A stretch of 63,795 nt of DNA, filler included, from Octopus bimaculoides (lineage: Eukaryota), in NCBI RefSeq assembly GCF_001194135.2. It is 4 parts of 4 records of this genome, joined end to end, with 100 filler letters (N's around TTAATTAATTAA, not from the genome) between each part and the next. Parts side by side here need not be neighbours in the genome. Positions count along the whole stretch, not along the records: positions 1 to 24,252 come from NC_068991.1; 3 more parts are not named here. One strand, 5' to 3'. A program made the translations under genes and the position numbers. The notes beneath the pieces were generated by a model. That model was not told the origin of the DNA. It did no database searches and was given only the letters and a program-made list of their open reading frames with translations. How positions within the stretch are numbered: position 1 is the stretch's first letter; each line of letters opens with the position of its first letter. This document shows positions 12,692 to 24,252 of the stretch, one piece after another.

Positions 12692-12692
12692 G
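12622..12692. repeat. (AAT)n immediately followed by (ATT)n, a perfect inverted microsatellite
   Basis: Direct reading of the sequence. Confidence 0.9.
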
Positions 12693-13260
12693 ATTTGAAT
12701 AGGAAAGTCCCACAAAATTTTACGGTTCTCCGACTCCAACCCTCTTTCGACCCGACGATTGTACCATGTGTTTCCAGTTTCAATCCCCATTTCTAGCAAA
12801 GCTCCCAGTGTAAAACTTTTACAACCTGGTCGTGCCTTCATTTCTTATATTCTTCCTGAGCCAGCTTGAAACATTCTGCGATTATGTGTGCCACTGTGTC
12901 ATTCTAAGTTCCACAGGCTCTACATTTTTCCGACACAATCTCCCCTTATACATTTTTCTCAAGTTTTTTTTATCGCTTGATCCTGAGCTACTACAGTTAG
13001 GTTTGCTGGTTTTTTTTTTAATTTCAATTGCCCTTTTTCTAACCAAGCCCAGGATTCTGTTCCACATACATCATCCGTGGCTTTCTAAAATTGAGCATGC
13101 AAAAGTTTCTCTTCAATCTAACGTGCTCCCTTTGAATTTTATTCTTGCCCTCTTAATCACCTGTTCCTTATTCACTGTCTGTAGTAGATTCTCTGTGCAA
13201 TTCCGTAATTATTCTATTATCAGGATTTCTTTTCTTTGGCACATTACTACATGAACAGGT
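12692..13260 (-). mobile_element. Degenerate R4/Dong C-terminal fragment (zinc knuckle and start of the RLE domain)
   Basis: Manual translation: ESWAWLEKGQLK...VAQDQAI...KCRACG..DTVAHIIAECFKLAQEEYKK.RHDQVVKVLHWELC...WY...KILWDFPIQ, ending at (ATA)n. Confidence 0.85.
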
Positions 13261-14431
13261 AACAAAAAGTATGAACAAGCCGGGAATTTCTGAAAATCAT
13301 CCATAGTTTCGGACACAATGACCTCAGAAACAGCGCAGCCAACTGATTTTCGTCATACTTTTCTTGATAATGCCGTCACTCTTACCCACCAGCATAGAAT
13401 GCACAACTAATAAAGAGCTGATACCTGGTTCGACGTTTTGTTTATCGTTTGGCTCAAGACTACGTCTCCATTAAAGAACTGTGCTGAAGAAAAACGTGGC
13501 AACAAAATATTCCCACTCCCTTCACATCGCTGTCGGTGTTTGCGCCACAGCACGTACCTAGGCATGATCTGCCACAGCAGAGTGTGTTGAGAACAGATGA
13601 ACCTTAATGATTTATAACATCACGTATTTTAGTAAGGTGTGTATCGTCGACTGCAGAGATCAACAGAAGCTGGATATTAATTAGTTTAATGACTTCGATA
13701 TGATAACATGTAAAGCAAAATCATTGGAGCTTCAGAAAAAATGCCAACGATGTTTAGTTGCATGTTACTTTTTTTTTTTATCTTCTGCGTTCAAATCCCG
13801 CTGAGAGACAATTCTGCCTTTCATATTTCCGAGTGTCAATAAAATTCGCTCAGTCATTAGAGACTGAATTAATTTTTCGCGGACTCTGTAGCAGAAACCT
13901 CCATGGTTCAACGGAGGATAAGGCCGTTGCAGGCAACGCATTGCGGCGTGCAGAGAGAAAGACGAGGCAAGTAAGACATCTTGGCCATCCACTGCATCCG
14001 TCTCCATCCTCAGTCGTCTGTCTGCATGATCGTCTGTCGGAGATTAATCGAAAACTAAGGGATTTGAACTCAGAATGAAAATGCACGTAACTGAATATGA
14101 CTAAATATTTTGTTAGGCGTTCTGTTGATTCTGCCGTCGCTGCAATACTTTCTACTGATCCTCTTTCCTCTAAGTAATTCATGATAAATAAAGCTGGTAA
14201 TAAATAAACAAATAAACAAATAAATAATCAAATTAAATTGCTGCGAAATTTCTGCTTAATCTGTGCAGCAAATGTTAAGTGTACGGCTCTCCATAGTCCT
14301 TATTATCAGAATGTTAAATGGTTGATAAGGAATATGTATTAAATGAGCCGAAGAAAGCAATTTACAAGAAGGAATGAAGCAATGGCTGACAATATAAAAA
14401 AAAAACACACACGCACACGCACGCACGCATG

Positions 14432-14489
<58 letters not shown>

Positions 14490-14724
14490 GACATAAACTA
14501 AATGTAGAGAAAAAGTAGTTGTAAACAACTGTGTTATGTTTCTGATGTGATGAAAATGCTTGCAGATATTTCTGTTCGTTGTATTATCGTTGTATAAGAG
14601 GCCATTAACGTAGTCTGTATTATATATTCACACTTACCATTTTATCATTCATTTCCAAATTGATTTGATAGGATCCAGGTGGCTTTGTCTATTTAGCCAC
14701 TGTATTGATAATAACGATGATAGA

Positions 14725-16110
14725 AATAATTATCATTCTTTCTATTACAGGCATAAGGCCTAAGTTTGGGTGGAGGGGTCTGGTGGATTACATCAACACC
14801 AGTAATACTCAACTAATACTTATTTCAGCGACCTTGAAAAGATGAAAGGCAAAATTTACCTCGGCGGAATTTGAACTATGAACGTAAAGTCGTAAGAAAT
14901 GCGCACTAAGAATTCTACAACTCAACGCCTTAATAAATATTTCTACAGTAAGGCACAAGACCTGAAATTTTGAGGGGAAGGTGCAAGTAAATTACATTGG
15001 CTCTATTGCTCAGCTGGTACTTATTTCATCGACACCCGAAACGATGAAAGGTAAAGTCCACCTCGGCAGAATTTGAACAATTTGAAGTCAGGACGTCAAG
15101 GCAAACTAAACATCACTACGCATTTTGTTCAGCGTGTTAATGATTAATGTGGAGGCGCAATGGCCCAGTTGTTAGGGCAGCGGATTCGCGGTCATAGGAT
15201 CGCGGTTTCGATTCGTTGTGAGTGTTTATTGAGCGAAAACACCTCAAGCTCCACGAGGCTCCGGCAGGGGATGGTGGCGAGCCCTGCTGTACTCTTTCAC
15301 CACAACTTTCTCTCACTCTTACTTCCTGTTTTTGTTGTGCCTGTAATTCAAAGGGCCAGCCTTGTCACACTGTGTCACGCTGAATATCCCCGAGAACTAC
15401 GTTAAGGGTACACGTGTCTGTGGAGTGCTCAGCCAATTGCACGTTAATTTCACGAGCAGGCTGTTCCGTTGATCGGATCAACTGGAACCCTCGACGTCGT
15501 AAGCGACGGAATGCCAACAACATAATGATTAATGATATTAATAATCCTTTCTAGTGAAGGCACAAAACCTGAAATTTGGGGGAGGGGTAAATCGATTACG
15601 TCAACTCCAGTGTTGAACTGGTACTTATCTTATTGACCCCGAAAGGATGAAAGGGGAAGTCGACCTTGGCGGAATTTAAACTGAGGACGTAAAGACGGAC
15701 GAAATGCCGCTTAGTAATTTGCCTGGTGTGCTAAGGATTCTGCCGGCTCACCGCCTTCATAATAATAATAATTACATTCTCCTATAGGCAAAGGGCCAGT
15801 GTTCAACTGGTACTTATTTTATCGACCTTGAAAGGATGAAAGACAGAGTCGATCGCAGCGGGATTTGAACTCAGAGCATAAAGACAGACGAAATACTGCT
15901 AAGCATATCGCCCGGTGTGCTAACGATTCTGTCAGCCAACCGCCTTCAGCTATAGTCAAAAGGCTTGAAACTTTTTAAGGGAAGTGTTAGCTAATTACAA
16001 CGACCTCAGTGCTCAAGCGGTACTTCTTTCATCGACCTCGAAAGATAGAAGGATGGGAGACAAAGCCCACTTTTTAACGGAATTTGAACTCGGAACGTAA
16101 AGCCGGAAGA
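14725..16110 (-). mobile_element. Array of five family-B SINEs (about 14725-14930, 14932-15145, 15534-15755, 15760-15944, 15948-16110)
   Basis: Repeated reverse-complement B blocks (ATGAAAGGCAAAGTCGACCTCGGCGGAATTTGAACTC), all in the same orientation. Confidence 0.82.
15149..15522 (+). mobile_element. SINE head 2 + tail X inserted in the B array
   Basis: GTGGAGGCGCAATGGCCCAGTTGTTAG ... GGAATGCCAACAAC. TSD TAATGATTAAT at 15138-15148 and 15523-15533. Confidence 0.88.
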
Positions 16111-16215
16111 ATATATTTCTGATGATTGTCCTTTTCTTTTGATCACAACGACCACTACATAGAAATATTAAACTTGTGGGGACATAAATGTAGGTATATA
16201 TATATATATATGTGT

Positions 16216-16271
<56 letters not shown>

Positions 16272-17394
16272 NNNNNNNNNNNNNNNNNNNNNNNNNNNNN
16301 NNNNNNNNNNNNNNNNNNNNNNNNNNNNNNNNNNNNNNNNNNNNNNNNNNNNNNNNNNNNNNNNNNNNNNNNNNNNNNNNNNNNNNNNNNNNNNNNNNNN
16401 NNNNNNNNNNNNNNNNNNNNNNNNNNNNNNNNNNNNNNNNNNNNNNNNNNNNNNNNNNNNNNNNNNNNNNNNNNNNNNNNNNNNNNNNNNNNNNNNNNNN
16501 NNNNNNNNNNNNNNNNNNNNNNNNNNNNNNNNNNNNNNNNNNNNNNNNNNNNNNNNNNNNNNNNNNNNNNNNNNNNNNNNNNNNNNNNNNNNNNNNNNNN
16601 NNNNNNNNNNNNNNNNNNNNNNNNNNNNNNNTATATATATATATATATATATATGGGGGGGGCGCATGTGTTTATGAGTGGCGGAATGTATAAGACCTTT
16701 CGCAGCAATTCGAGGCGCCGAGTGTGCCTCTACACCGTTGCTAATCTTCTAGAGCTAACAGTCATATCTAACCCCAGTCATACCATACCGTCAGAAAAAT
16801 GAACACATATAATGTAGTAGCGGGTTCCTTGCACATGGGAAATACACTGGATGGTCACGACTAGGTTGCCTTCAAACGTAGGACGGATCGTCAGGGTAGA
16901 TCTGATCTAATAAACCGTTAAAACAACAAATGCCACAACAACCTCCCAGAATCTGCATATAATATACCAATAAACACTTGCTGGCATTCTGGTAAAACAT
17001 TTAAAAAGTCAAACTAAATGATTCACAATGTTCTATGGTTCACAAGCAAGTAGCCCCAATTATAAAGCCTCGCTGTGGGCTAAATATGAATGAACGTGGT
17101 TTATAGAGCAACACAGAGTTTCAATTTTTATGCCCTATCCTTTACTCTCATTGAATTTCCACGCTTGCTTTGCCTAACATTGTCATCAGCATGAAAGCCC
17201 ATTTTTTAAAATAAATCCCGTCCGTTGTGTGAGGTAAACAAGATGTTGCAGGTAGACAACGGAGAAGTGAAACCATACGAGCAAGGGAGAACTGACAAGG
17301 GAACAATCAGGATAATACGATTACTTCTTGATCAACCGTGTATCTGTCTTTTGAAGAATATTAGCGTTGTGTTTCAAACAATACATGTATGTAT

Positions 17395-17722
17395 GGCACT
17401 CCGTCGGTTACGACGGCGAGTGTTTCAGTTGATCTGATCAATAGAACAACATGTTCGTGAAATTAACGTGTAAGTGGTTGAGCACTTCACAGACTCCGCG
17501 TATACTTAACGTAGTTCTCAGGGAGATTCAATGTGACATGACACAGAATGCGACAAGACTGCCCCTATGAAATACAGGTAATACTCCTTTTTGCCAGCCT
17601 AGTTAATTGGAGCAACGTAAAATAAAGTGTCTTCCTCAGGGACACAACGTGCTGCAGGGAATCGAACCCATATCCTTACAATCGTGAGCCGAATACCTAA
17701 TCACTGAGTCACGCACCTTCAT
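17395..17722 (-). mobile_element. SINE head 1 + tail X
   Basis: Colinear with 165-489. Confidence 0.85.
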
Positions 17723-18337
17723 ATAGTATAGTATAATATATTATTGTTTAGTATATATANNNNNNNNNNNNNNNNNNNNNNNNNNNNNNNNNNNNNNNNN
17801 NNNNNNNNNNNNNNNNNNNNNNNNNNNNNNNNNNNNNNNNNNNNNNNNNNNNNNNNNNNNNNNNNNNNNNNNNNNNNNNNNNNNNNNNNNNNNNNNNNNN
17901 NNNNNNNNNNNNNNNNNNNNNNNNNNNNNNNNNNNNNNNNNNNNNNNNNNNNNNNNNNNNNNNNNNNNNNNNNNNNNNNNNNNNNNNNNNNNNNNNNNNN
18001 NNNNNNNNNNNNNNNNNNNNNNNNNNNNNNNNNNNNNNNNNNNNNNNNNNNNNNNNNNNNNNNNNNNNNNNNNNNNNNNNNNNNNNNNNNNNNNNNNNNN
18101 NNNNNNNNNNNNNNNNNNNNNNNNNNNNNNNNNNNNNNNNNNNNNNNNNNNNNNNNNNNNNNNNNNNNNNNNNNNNNNNNNNNNNNNNNNNNNNNNNNNN
18201 NNNNNNNNNNNNNNNNNNNNNNNNNNNNNNNNNNNNNNNNNNNNNNNNNNNNNNNNNNNNNNNNNNNNNNNNNNNNNNNNNNNNNNNNNNNNNNNNNNNN
18301 NNNNNNNNNNNNNNNNNNNNNNNNNNNNNNNNNNNNN

Positions 18338-18376
18338 GTATGACGTTTCGGGCGTAGCCCTTCGTCGGAAAGATGG
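18338..18376 (-). ncRNA. Minimal type-I hammerhead-like motif (Penelope terminal-repeat type)
   Basis: Minus strand: TCTTT CCGACGA A GGGC-TAC-GCCC GAAA CGTC. Core differs from CUGANGA at U4. Stem I is truncated by the gap. Confidence 0.45.
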
Positions 18377-18509
18377 AAAGTTCGGAGAATGGAAAAACGG
18401 AGAATGCGGAAAATGGTACCGATGCCCACGAGGTTACATTGTGAAAAGAGACATATATATATATTATATAGATGTGTGTGTGTGTGTGTGTGTGTGCGTT
18501 TATATGTAT

Positions 18510-18720
18510 GTATATGCATATATAGTTGAAATTTACAGAAAAACAAAAGACGAAGACAGGTGCATAAACAACAAGCAGGTGTATTAGTTTGACGCTTGGG
18601 AAGGTAGGAAAGTCTTTTACGTTTCGAACCTACGCTCTTCAGCAGATCAGCAGAAAGGAACACGAGGAAATAAACAGAGAGAGAATAAAAAAAATTTGGG
18701 CGTTAGCGGTTAATCATGGC
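18510..18720 (-). mobile_element. Penelope-like terminal-repeat fragment with hammerhead-like motif at 18613-18657
   Basis: Colinear with 22300-22500. Minus strand CTGCTGA(TCTGCTGA) A GAGC-GTA-GGTTC GAAA CGTA AAAGA. Confidence 0.6.
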
Positions 18721-18752
18721 GATAGATAGATAGATAGATCGATAGATAGAAT

Positions 18753-18832
<80 letters not shown>

Positions 18833-20019
18833 TACTTTACTATACTATACTGTGTTATGCATAATTTTTCGGTGTATGAACTTTAGATTTACAAGTTGGA
18901 TAAGCAGTGGAATTTTACAGACTACGTGGATTACAATGATTTTACTGGTCAATTTAGTTAGCCAAATTGACTTCTACAGAATGCTTTAAAAGTATTTGTC
19001 TGAACTTTTAATCCCCTTTTCTCTTGTGTATGTGTTTGCGTATATATATATATATGTATATATATNNNNNNNNNNNNNNNNNNNNNNNNNNNNNNNNNNN
19101 NNNNNNNNNNNNNNNNNNNNNNNNNNNNNNNNNNNNNNNNNNNNNNNNNNNNNNNNNNNNNNNNNNNNNNNNNNNNNNNNNNNNNNNNNNNNNNNNNNNN
19201 NNNNNNNNNNNNNNNNNNNNNNNNNNNNNNNNNNNNNNNNNNNNNNNNNNNNNNNNNNNNNNNNNNNNNNNNNNNNNNNNNNNNNNNNNNNNNNNNNNNN
19301 NNNNNNNNNNNNNNNNNNNNNNNNNNNNNNNNNNNNNNNNNNNNNNNNNNNNNNNNNNNNNNNNNNNNNNNNNNNNNNNNNNNNNNNNNNNNNNNNNNNN
19401 NNNNNNNNNNNNNNNNNNNNNNNNNNNNNNNNNNNNNNNNNNNNNNNNNNNNNNNNNNNNNNNNNNNNNNNNNNNNNNNNNNNNNNNNNNNNNNNNNNNN
19501 NNNNNNNNNNNNNNNNNNNNNNNNNNNNNNNNNNNNNNNNNNNNNNNNNNNNNNNNNNNNNNNNNNNNNNNNNNNNNNNNNNNNNNNNNNNNNNNNNNNN
19601 NNNNNNNNNNNNNNNNNNNNNNNNNNNNNNNNNNNNNNNNNNNNNNNNNNNNNNNNNNNNNNNNNNNNNNNNNNNNNNNNNNNNNNNNNNNNNNNNNNNN
19701 NNNNNNNNNNNNNNNNNNNNNNNNNNNNNNNNNNNNNNNNNNNNNNNNNNNNNNNNNNNNNNNNNNNNNNNNNNNNATTCAGGAGATGGAACACTACCAA
19801 GTAGACGGAGATTGGTCAGTTCCCGACATACGTCATCAACACACGAAGCGCGCGTGCACACTTATAAACGTACCACAAATATTCACACACACACACACAC
19901 ACGTATCTCCATGTACATTAAACATATATGCATATACATGTAGATATGTGTGCATATACATACGCACACACACCATATATATATCTTTTTCTGTTTCTGT
20001 CCCTCTCTCTGTCTGCCTA

Positions 20020-20066
<47 letters not shown>

Positions 20067-20584
20067 CTTTCTCTCTCTGCGTGTATGTGTGTGTGTGTAT
20101 ATCTACTCCTGTAGTACACACATTGACGTACGTATACAATACTCACCTCACGTTCAACTAAATCACCTACGCATCATCTAGACATATCTAGACATACGTC
20201 AACATATACACTTAAACATATATGGACACGTACGAATACTTCGACGTACAAGTACAAATAACTAGAGACGTACGCATACACGCATACATACATACATATA
20301 TACATACATACATACACAAACGCACCCACACACACGTTCGCGCCCGCATTCACACAGAGAGCGTCATAAATAAATTAACATACAAAACGATATAAAAACA
20401 TTATACAATAGACACCCAAACAAAAAGAAAAAGAGAACAATAGACTAAGATTGCTAACAACCATAACGACATCGGTAACGGCAACACCACCAACAGCAGC
20501 AACATGAACAAAAGGTACGATGACAATGACACGTACAACTTTAAAACGTAGTTGTTCTCCACGTTTTACATCTGTTGGCTGTGT

Positions 20585-20763
20585 TGGAAGAAGCTAATCT
20601 TCCCAACCACATGGTTCCGGTTTCAGTCCCCACTGTGTGGCACGTTGGGCAAGTGCCTTCTGCTGTAGCCTCGGGCTGACCAATGTCTTGTGAGTGGATT
20701 TGATAGTTTGGTAGAAGGAAACTGAAGGACGTGTGTCCTATATTTATATATATATATATATAT

Positions 20764-20800
<37 letters not shown>

Positions 20801-21466
20801 NNNNNNNNNNNNNNNNNNNNNNNNNNNNNNNNNNNNNNNNNNNNNNNNNNNNNNNNNNNNNNNNNNNNNNNNNNNNNNNNNNNNNNNNNNNNNNNNNNNN
20901 NNNNNNNNNNNNNNNNNNNNNNNNNNNNNNNNNNNNNNNNNNNNNNNNNNNNNNNNNNNNNNNNNNNNNNNNNNNNNNNNNNNNNNNNNNNNNNNNNNNN
21001 NNNNNNNNNNNNNNNNNNNNNNNNNNNNNNNNNNNNNNNNNNNNNNNNNNNNNNNNNNNNNNNNNNNNNNNNNNNNNNNNNNNNNNNNNNNNNNNNNNNN
21101 NNNNNNNNNNNNNNNNNNNNNNNNNNNNNNNNNNNNNNNNNNNNNNNNNNNNNNNNNNNNNNNNNNNNNNNNNNNNNNNNNNNNNNNNNNNNNNNNNNNN
21201 NNNNNNNNNNNNNNNNNNNNNNNNNNNNNNNNNNNNNNNNNNNNNNNNNNNNNNNNNNNNNNNNNNNNNNNNNNNNNNNNNNNNNNNNNNNNNNNNNNNN
21301 NNNNNNNNNNNNNNNNNNNNNNNNNNNNNNNNNNNNNNNNNNNNNNNNNNNNNNNNNNNNNNNNNNNNNNNNNNNNNNNNNNNNNNNNNNNNNNNNNNNN
21401 NNNNNNNNNNNNNNNNNNNNNNNNNNNNNGGATGGTGTCTTCTTCCTATCATCCCTTCTTATATAC

Positions 21467-21504
<38 letters not shown>

Positions 21505-21745
21505 ATTTATATATATACATATATATTTATTTGGCTGTGTCTGTGTCTCTGTTTGTCCAACCTCCGTCGTTTGACAACTGCTGTTGGTGTGTTTATGTCC
21601 TCGTAACTTAGCGGTTCAGTAAAAGAAACCGTTAGAATAAGTACCAGGCTTAAAAAGAATAAGTCCTGGGCTCGATTTCTTCGACTAAAAGCTTTCAAAG
21701 TGATGCCCTAGCATGGCCGCAATCAAATGATTGAAACAAGCAAGA
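20585..21745 (+). mobile_element. Family-C SINE (tRNA head, CORE-like domain, internal (TA)n/(TG)n, 3-prime module)
   Basis: Head CTTCCCAACCACATGGTTCCGGTTTCAG...TTGGGCAAGTG; (TA)n and gap 20801-21429; tail GCATGGCCGCAATCAAATGATTGAAACAAG. Confidence 0.75.
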
Positions 21746-21789
21746 AAAAAAAAATAAAGAATAAAAGGATATATATATTATCTTTCCCT

Positions 21790-22205
21790 TTTCTCATTTG
21801 TGCAACTGCGGCCATGCTGGGGCACCACCCTAAAATTTTTAGTAGAATGAATCGGCGCCTCAGTACTTATTTTCTTTTAAGTTAAGTACTTTTTCTATCG
21901 GTCTTTTGCCGAATTGCTAGCTGACTGTGACGTAAACACACCAACACCGGTTGTCAAGCTGTCTGGGACAAGCACAGACAACAAAGTTACACACCCCATG
22001 TATGTGTATATGTGGGCATGCGTATGTTGGTGTGTTTGTACAAACACATACACACATTCGATGCGTTTCTTTCAGTTTAAATCTATTAGAAGGCTTTGGC
22101 CGAGTCTAGGCTACAGCTGAATACACTCGCCCAAGTTATCATGCAGTAGAACTAACCGGAACCATGTAGTTGGGAAGCAGTCTTCTTACCACACAACCAC
22201 ACCAG
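21790..22205 (-). mobile_element. Family-C SINE, inverted relative to the previous copy
   Basis: Reverse complement of the same tail, internal TG/CA tract and head. Confidence 0.8.
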
Positions 22206-22297
<92 letters not shown>

Positions 22298-22300
<3 letters not shown>

Positions 22301-23490
22301 GAGAATGTACGAAAAAAAACAATAACAGACGAGGACAGGTGGTGTAAACAACAAAAGGATGTATTAGCATGACGCTCGGGAATACGGAAAGTCTTTAACG
22401 TTTCGAGCTACGCTCTTCAACAGAAAGAATACGGAGAAAACAAGGAAAAAAACACGGAGAGAAAAAATTGAATGGTGTTGGTCAACGGTCTATCATAGCT
22501 TCTACTGACCGGAAGTTAGAAAGTTTATTTACACAGGAGAGCTAAGAAAAGGGGGATATACCAAAGGGGGAGAAAGAACGGTGATCGAAGAACGAGGAGC
22601 TGTGTGTGTGTGTGAGAGAGAGAGAGAGAGTGCTGGTGATCTTGATGTATGCATGTGTGAAAATGGGGTGGGGAGAAAGGAGTTGGTCAGTTGTAGTGTG
22701 TGCGTGGTGTGATGTGAGGGTGTTGGGAGGTGGGGAAGGCATAGGTGGAGTGTGGGTTAGGCTGAGGGTGGGGGTAGAGGTAGGGGTATGTGGGTAGGGG
22801 TGGGTGTAAGGAATTGGATGGGGTGGNNNNNNNNNNNNNNNNNNNNNNNNNNNNNNNNNNNNNNNNNNNNNNNNNNNNNNNNNNNNNNNNNNNNNNNNNN
22901 NNNNNNNNNNNNNNNNNNNNNNNNNNNNNNNNNNNNNNNNNNNNNNNNNNNNNNNNNNNNNNNNNNNNNNNNNNNNNNNNNNNNNNNNNNNNNNNNNNNN
23001 NNNNNNNNNNNNNNNNNNNNNNNNNNNNNNNNNNNNNNNNNNNNNNNNNNNNNNNNNNNNNNNNNNNNNNNNNNNNNNNNNNNNNNNNNNNNNNNNNNNN
23101 NNNNNNNNNNNNNNNNNNNNNNNNNNNNNNNNNNNNNNNNNNNNNNNNNNNNNNNNNNNNNNNNNNNNNNNNNNNNNNNNNNNNNNNNNNNNNNNNNNNN
23201 NNNNNNNNNNNNNNNNNNNNNNNNNNNNNNNNNNNNNNNNNNNNNNNNNNNNNNNNNNNNNNNNNNNGGGGAGAGAGGCAGGGGAGGGGGTTAGATGAAG
23301 AGGGGAGGGGAGTTGAGCCCATGTGGCGCAAAGGAGCGAAGAGAGAAGATTAATCCCTGTTCACGGCGCAAACGGGAGTCCGGATGGCCCCTGTGCATAG
23401 CCAATCCAAACACGGACAGGTGTTGCTGCAAGGAGTGACCGGCAGAACGAAAATGGCGTGACACCGGGGTGTCATTGCCAACGTTGATGT
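22298..23490 (-). mobile_element. Penelope-like element 3-prime end: GIY-YIG C-terminus plus terminal repeat
   Basis: Manual translation of 23490-23310: NDTPVSRHFRSAGHSLQQHLSVFGL...RLRREQGLIFSLRSFAPHGLN, matching the PLE endonuclease C-terminal pattern (HF..GHS..L.V...EQ.LIF.L....P.GLN). Ends in (AT)n. Confidence 0.8.
22392..22428 (-). ncRNA. Minimal type-I hammerhead-like motif in the PLE terminal repeat
   Basis: TCTTT CTGTTGA A GAGC-GTA-GCTC GAAA CGTT AAAGA: perfect 5-bp stem I, 4-bp stem II, palindromic ACGT stem III, GUU site. Core has U at position 6. Confidence 0.55.
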
Positions 23491-23747
23491 CTCTCTCTCT
23501 CTATATATATACCAAGAGAGTTAGGGGCTGAGGATTCAACCCACTAAGGGATAGTATCTATCCAATATACTGCTGGGAGGGTACCCAATTATTGTTACAC
23601 TAGTGCTATATCAAGTGTAATAAGTCGGTGCGGGTAAAAGGGGGTTATTTTACCCTAAATTTATAGATATATATATCTTTTATTATCTTTTATGGGTTTC
23701 AGCCAGAGGCTGAGGCCATGCTGGTGCACCGCGTTTACTGCATCCGG

Positions 23748-24075
23748 GGATTTTTCCAGTATTGCTTCTGGTGAAGTAGCGAGTTGGACGTGGCCGCTCT
23801 TCTTTGTGCCTCCTGCCACAGTGTGGGTTCATCTGGAATTGCAGATAAAAAAAACTTTCTAGCCGTTTTTTTTTAGGACTTCCACGTCTACGCCTCGCAG
23901 ATCCCTGCTGTTCTGCGGTAGATCATAATAAAGTTGTGGTCCCCTTGAATCCCAAGCTATTACAATATTGGGTTCGTATCCTCGATAGAGAAGATGAGAC
24001 CTTTGATACTGTGCGGTGCCGAACCAGTTCAGGGATTATTGTAGATTTCGATTCTGAAATTTGGAGCTAGACCCT
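23748..24075 (-). mobile_element. CR1-type LINE C-terminal fragment
   Basis: Manual translation: SLGFKGPQLYYDLPQNSRDLRGVDVEVLK.RL..FLSAIPDEPT...QRRAATSNSLLHQ, the LD.FL..IPDEP...RAA.SNSL C-terminal pattern of invertebrate CR1-like elements. A C-family tail fragment follows at about 23675-23745. Confidence 0.7.
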
Positions 24076-24205
24076 CCATTATTTTCCATATGTATCGCAC
24101 TGCATATCTGTACATATAGTTCAAATTTACAGAATACAAAAGGCGAAAACAGGTGAGAGAAAAACAAGCAGGTGTGTTAGTTTGATTCTCAGGAAGAATG
24201 GAAAA

Positions 24206-24252
<47 letters not shown>

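Noticed and set aside
13891-13970. Candidate host exon (TGTAG| ... |GTAAGA) in a GC-richer patch
   Set aside because: One open frame (RNLHGSTEDKAVAGNALRRAERKTRQ) with no recognisable homology and a weak polypyrimidine tract; needs RNA-seq.
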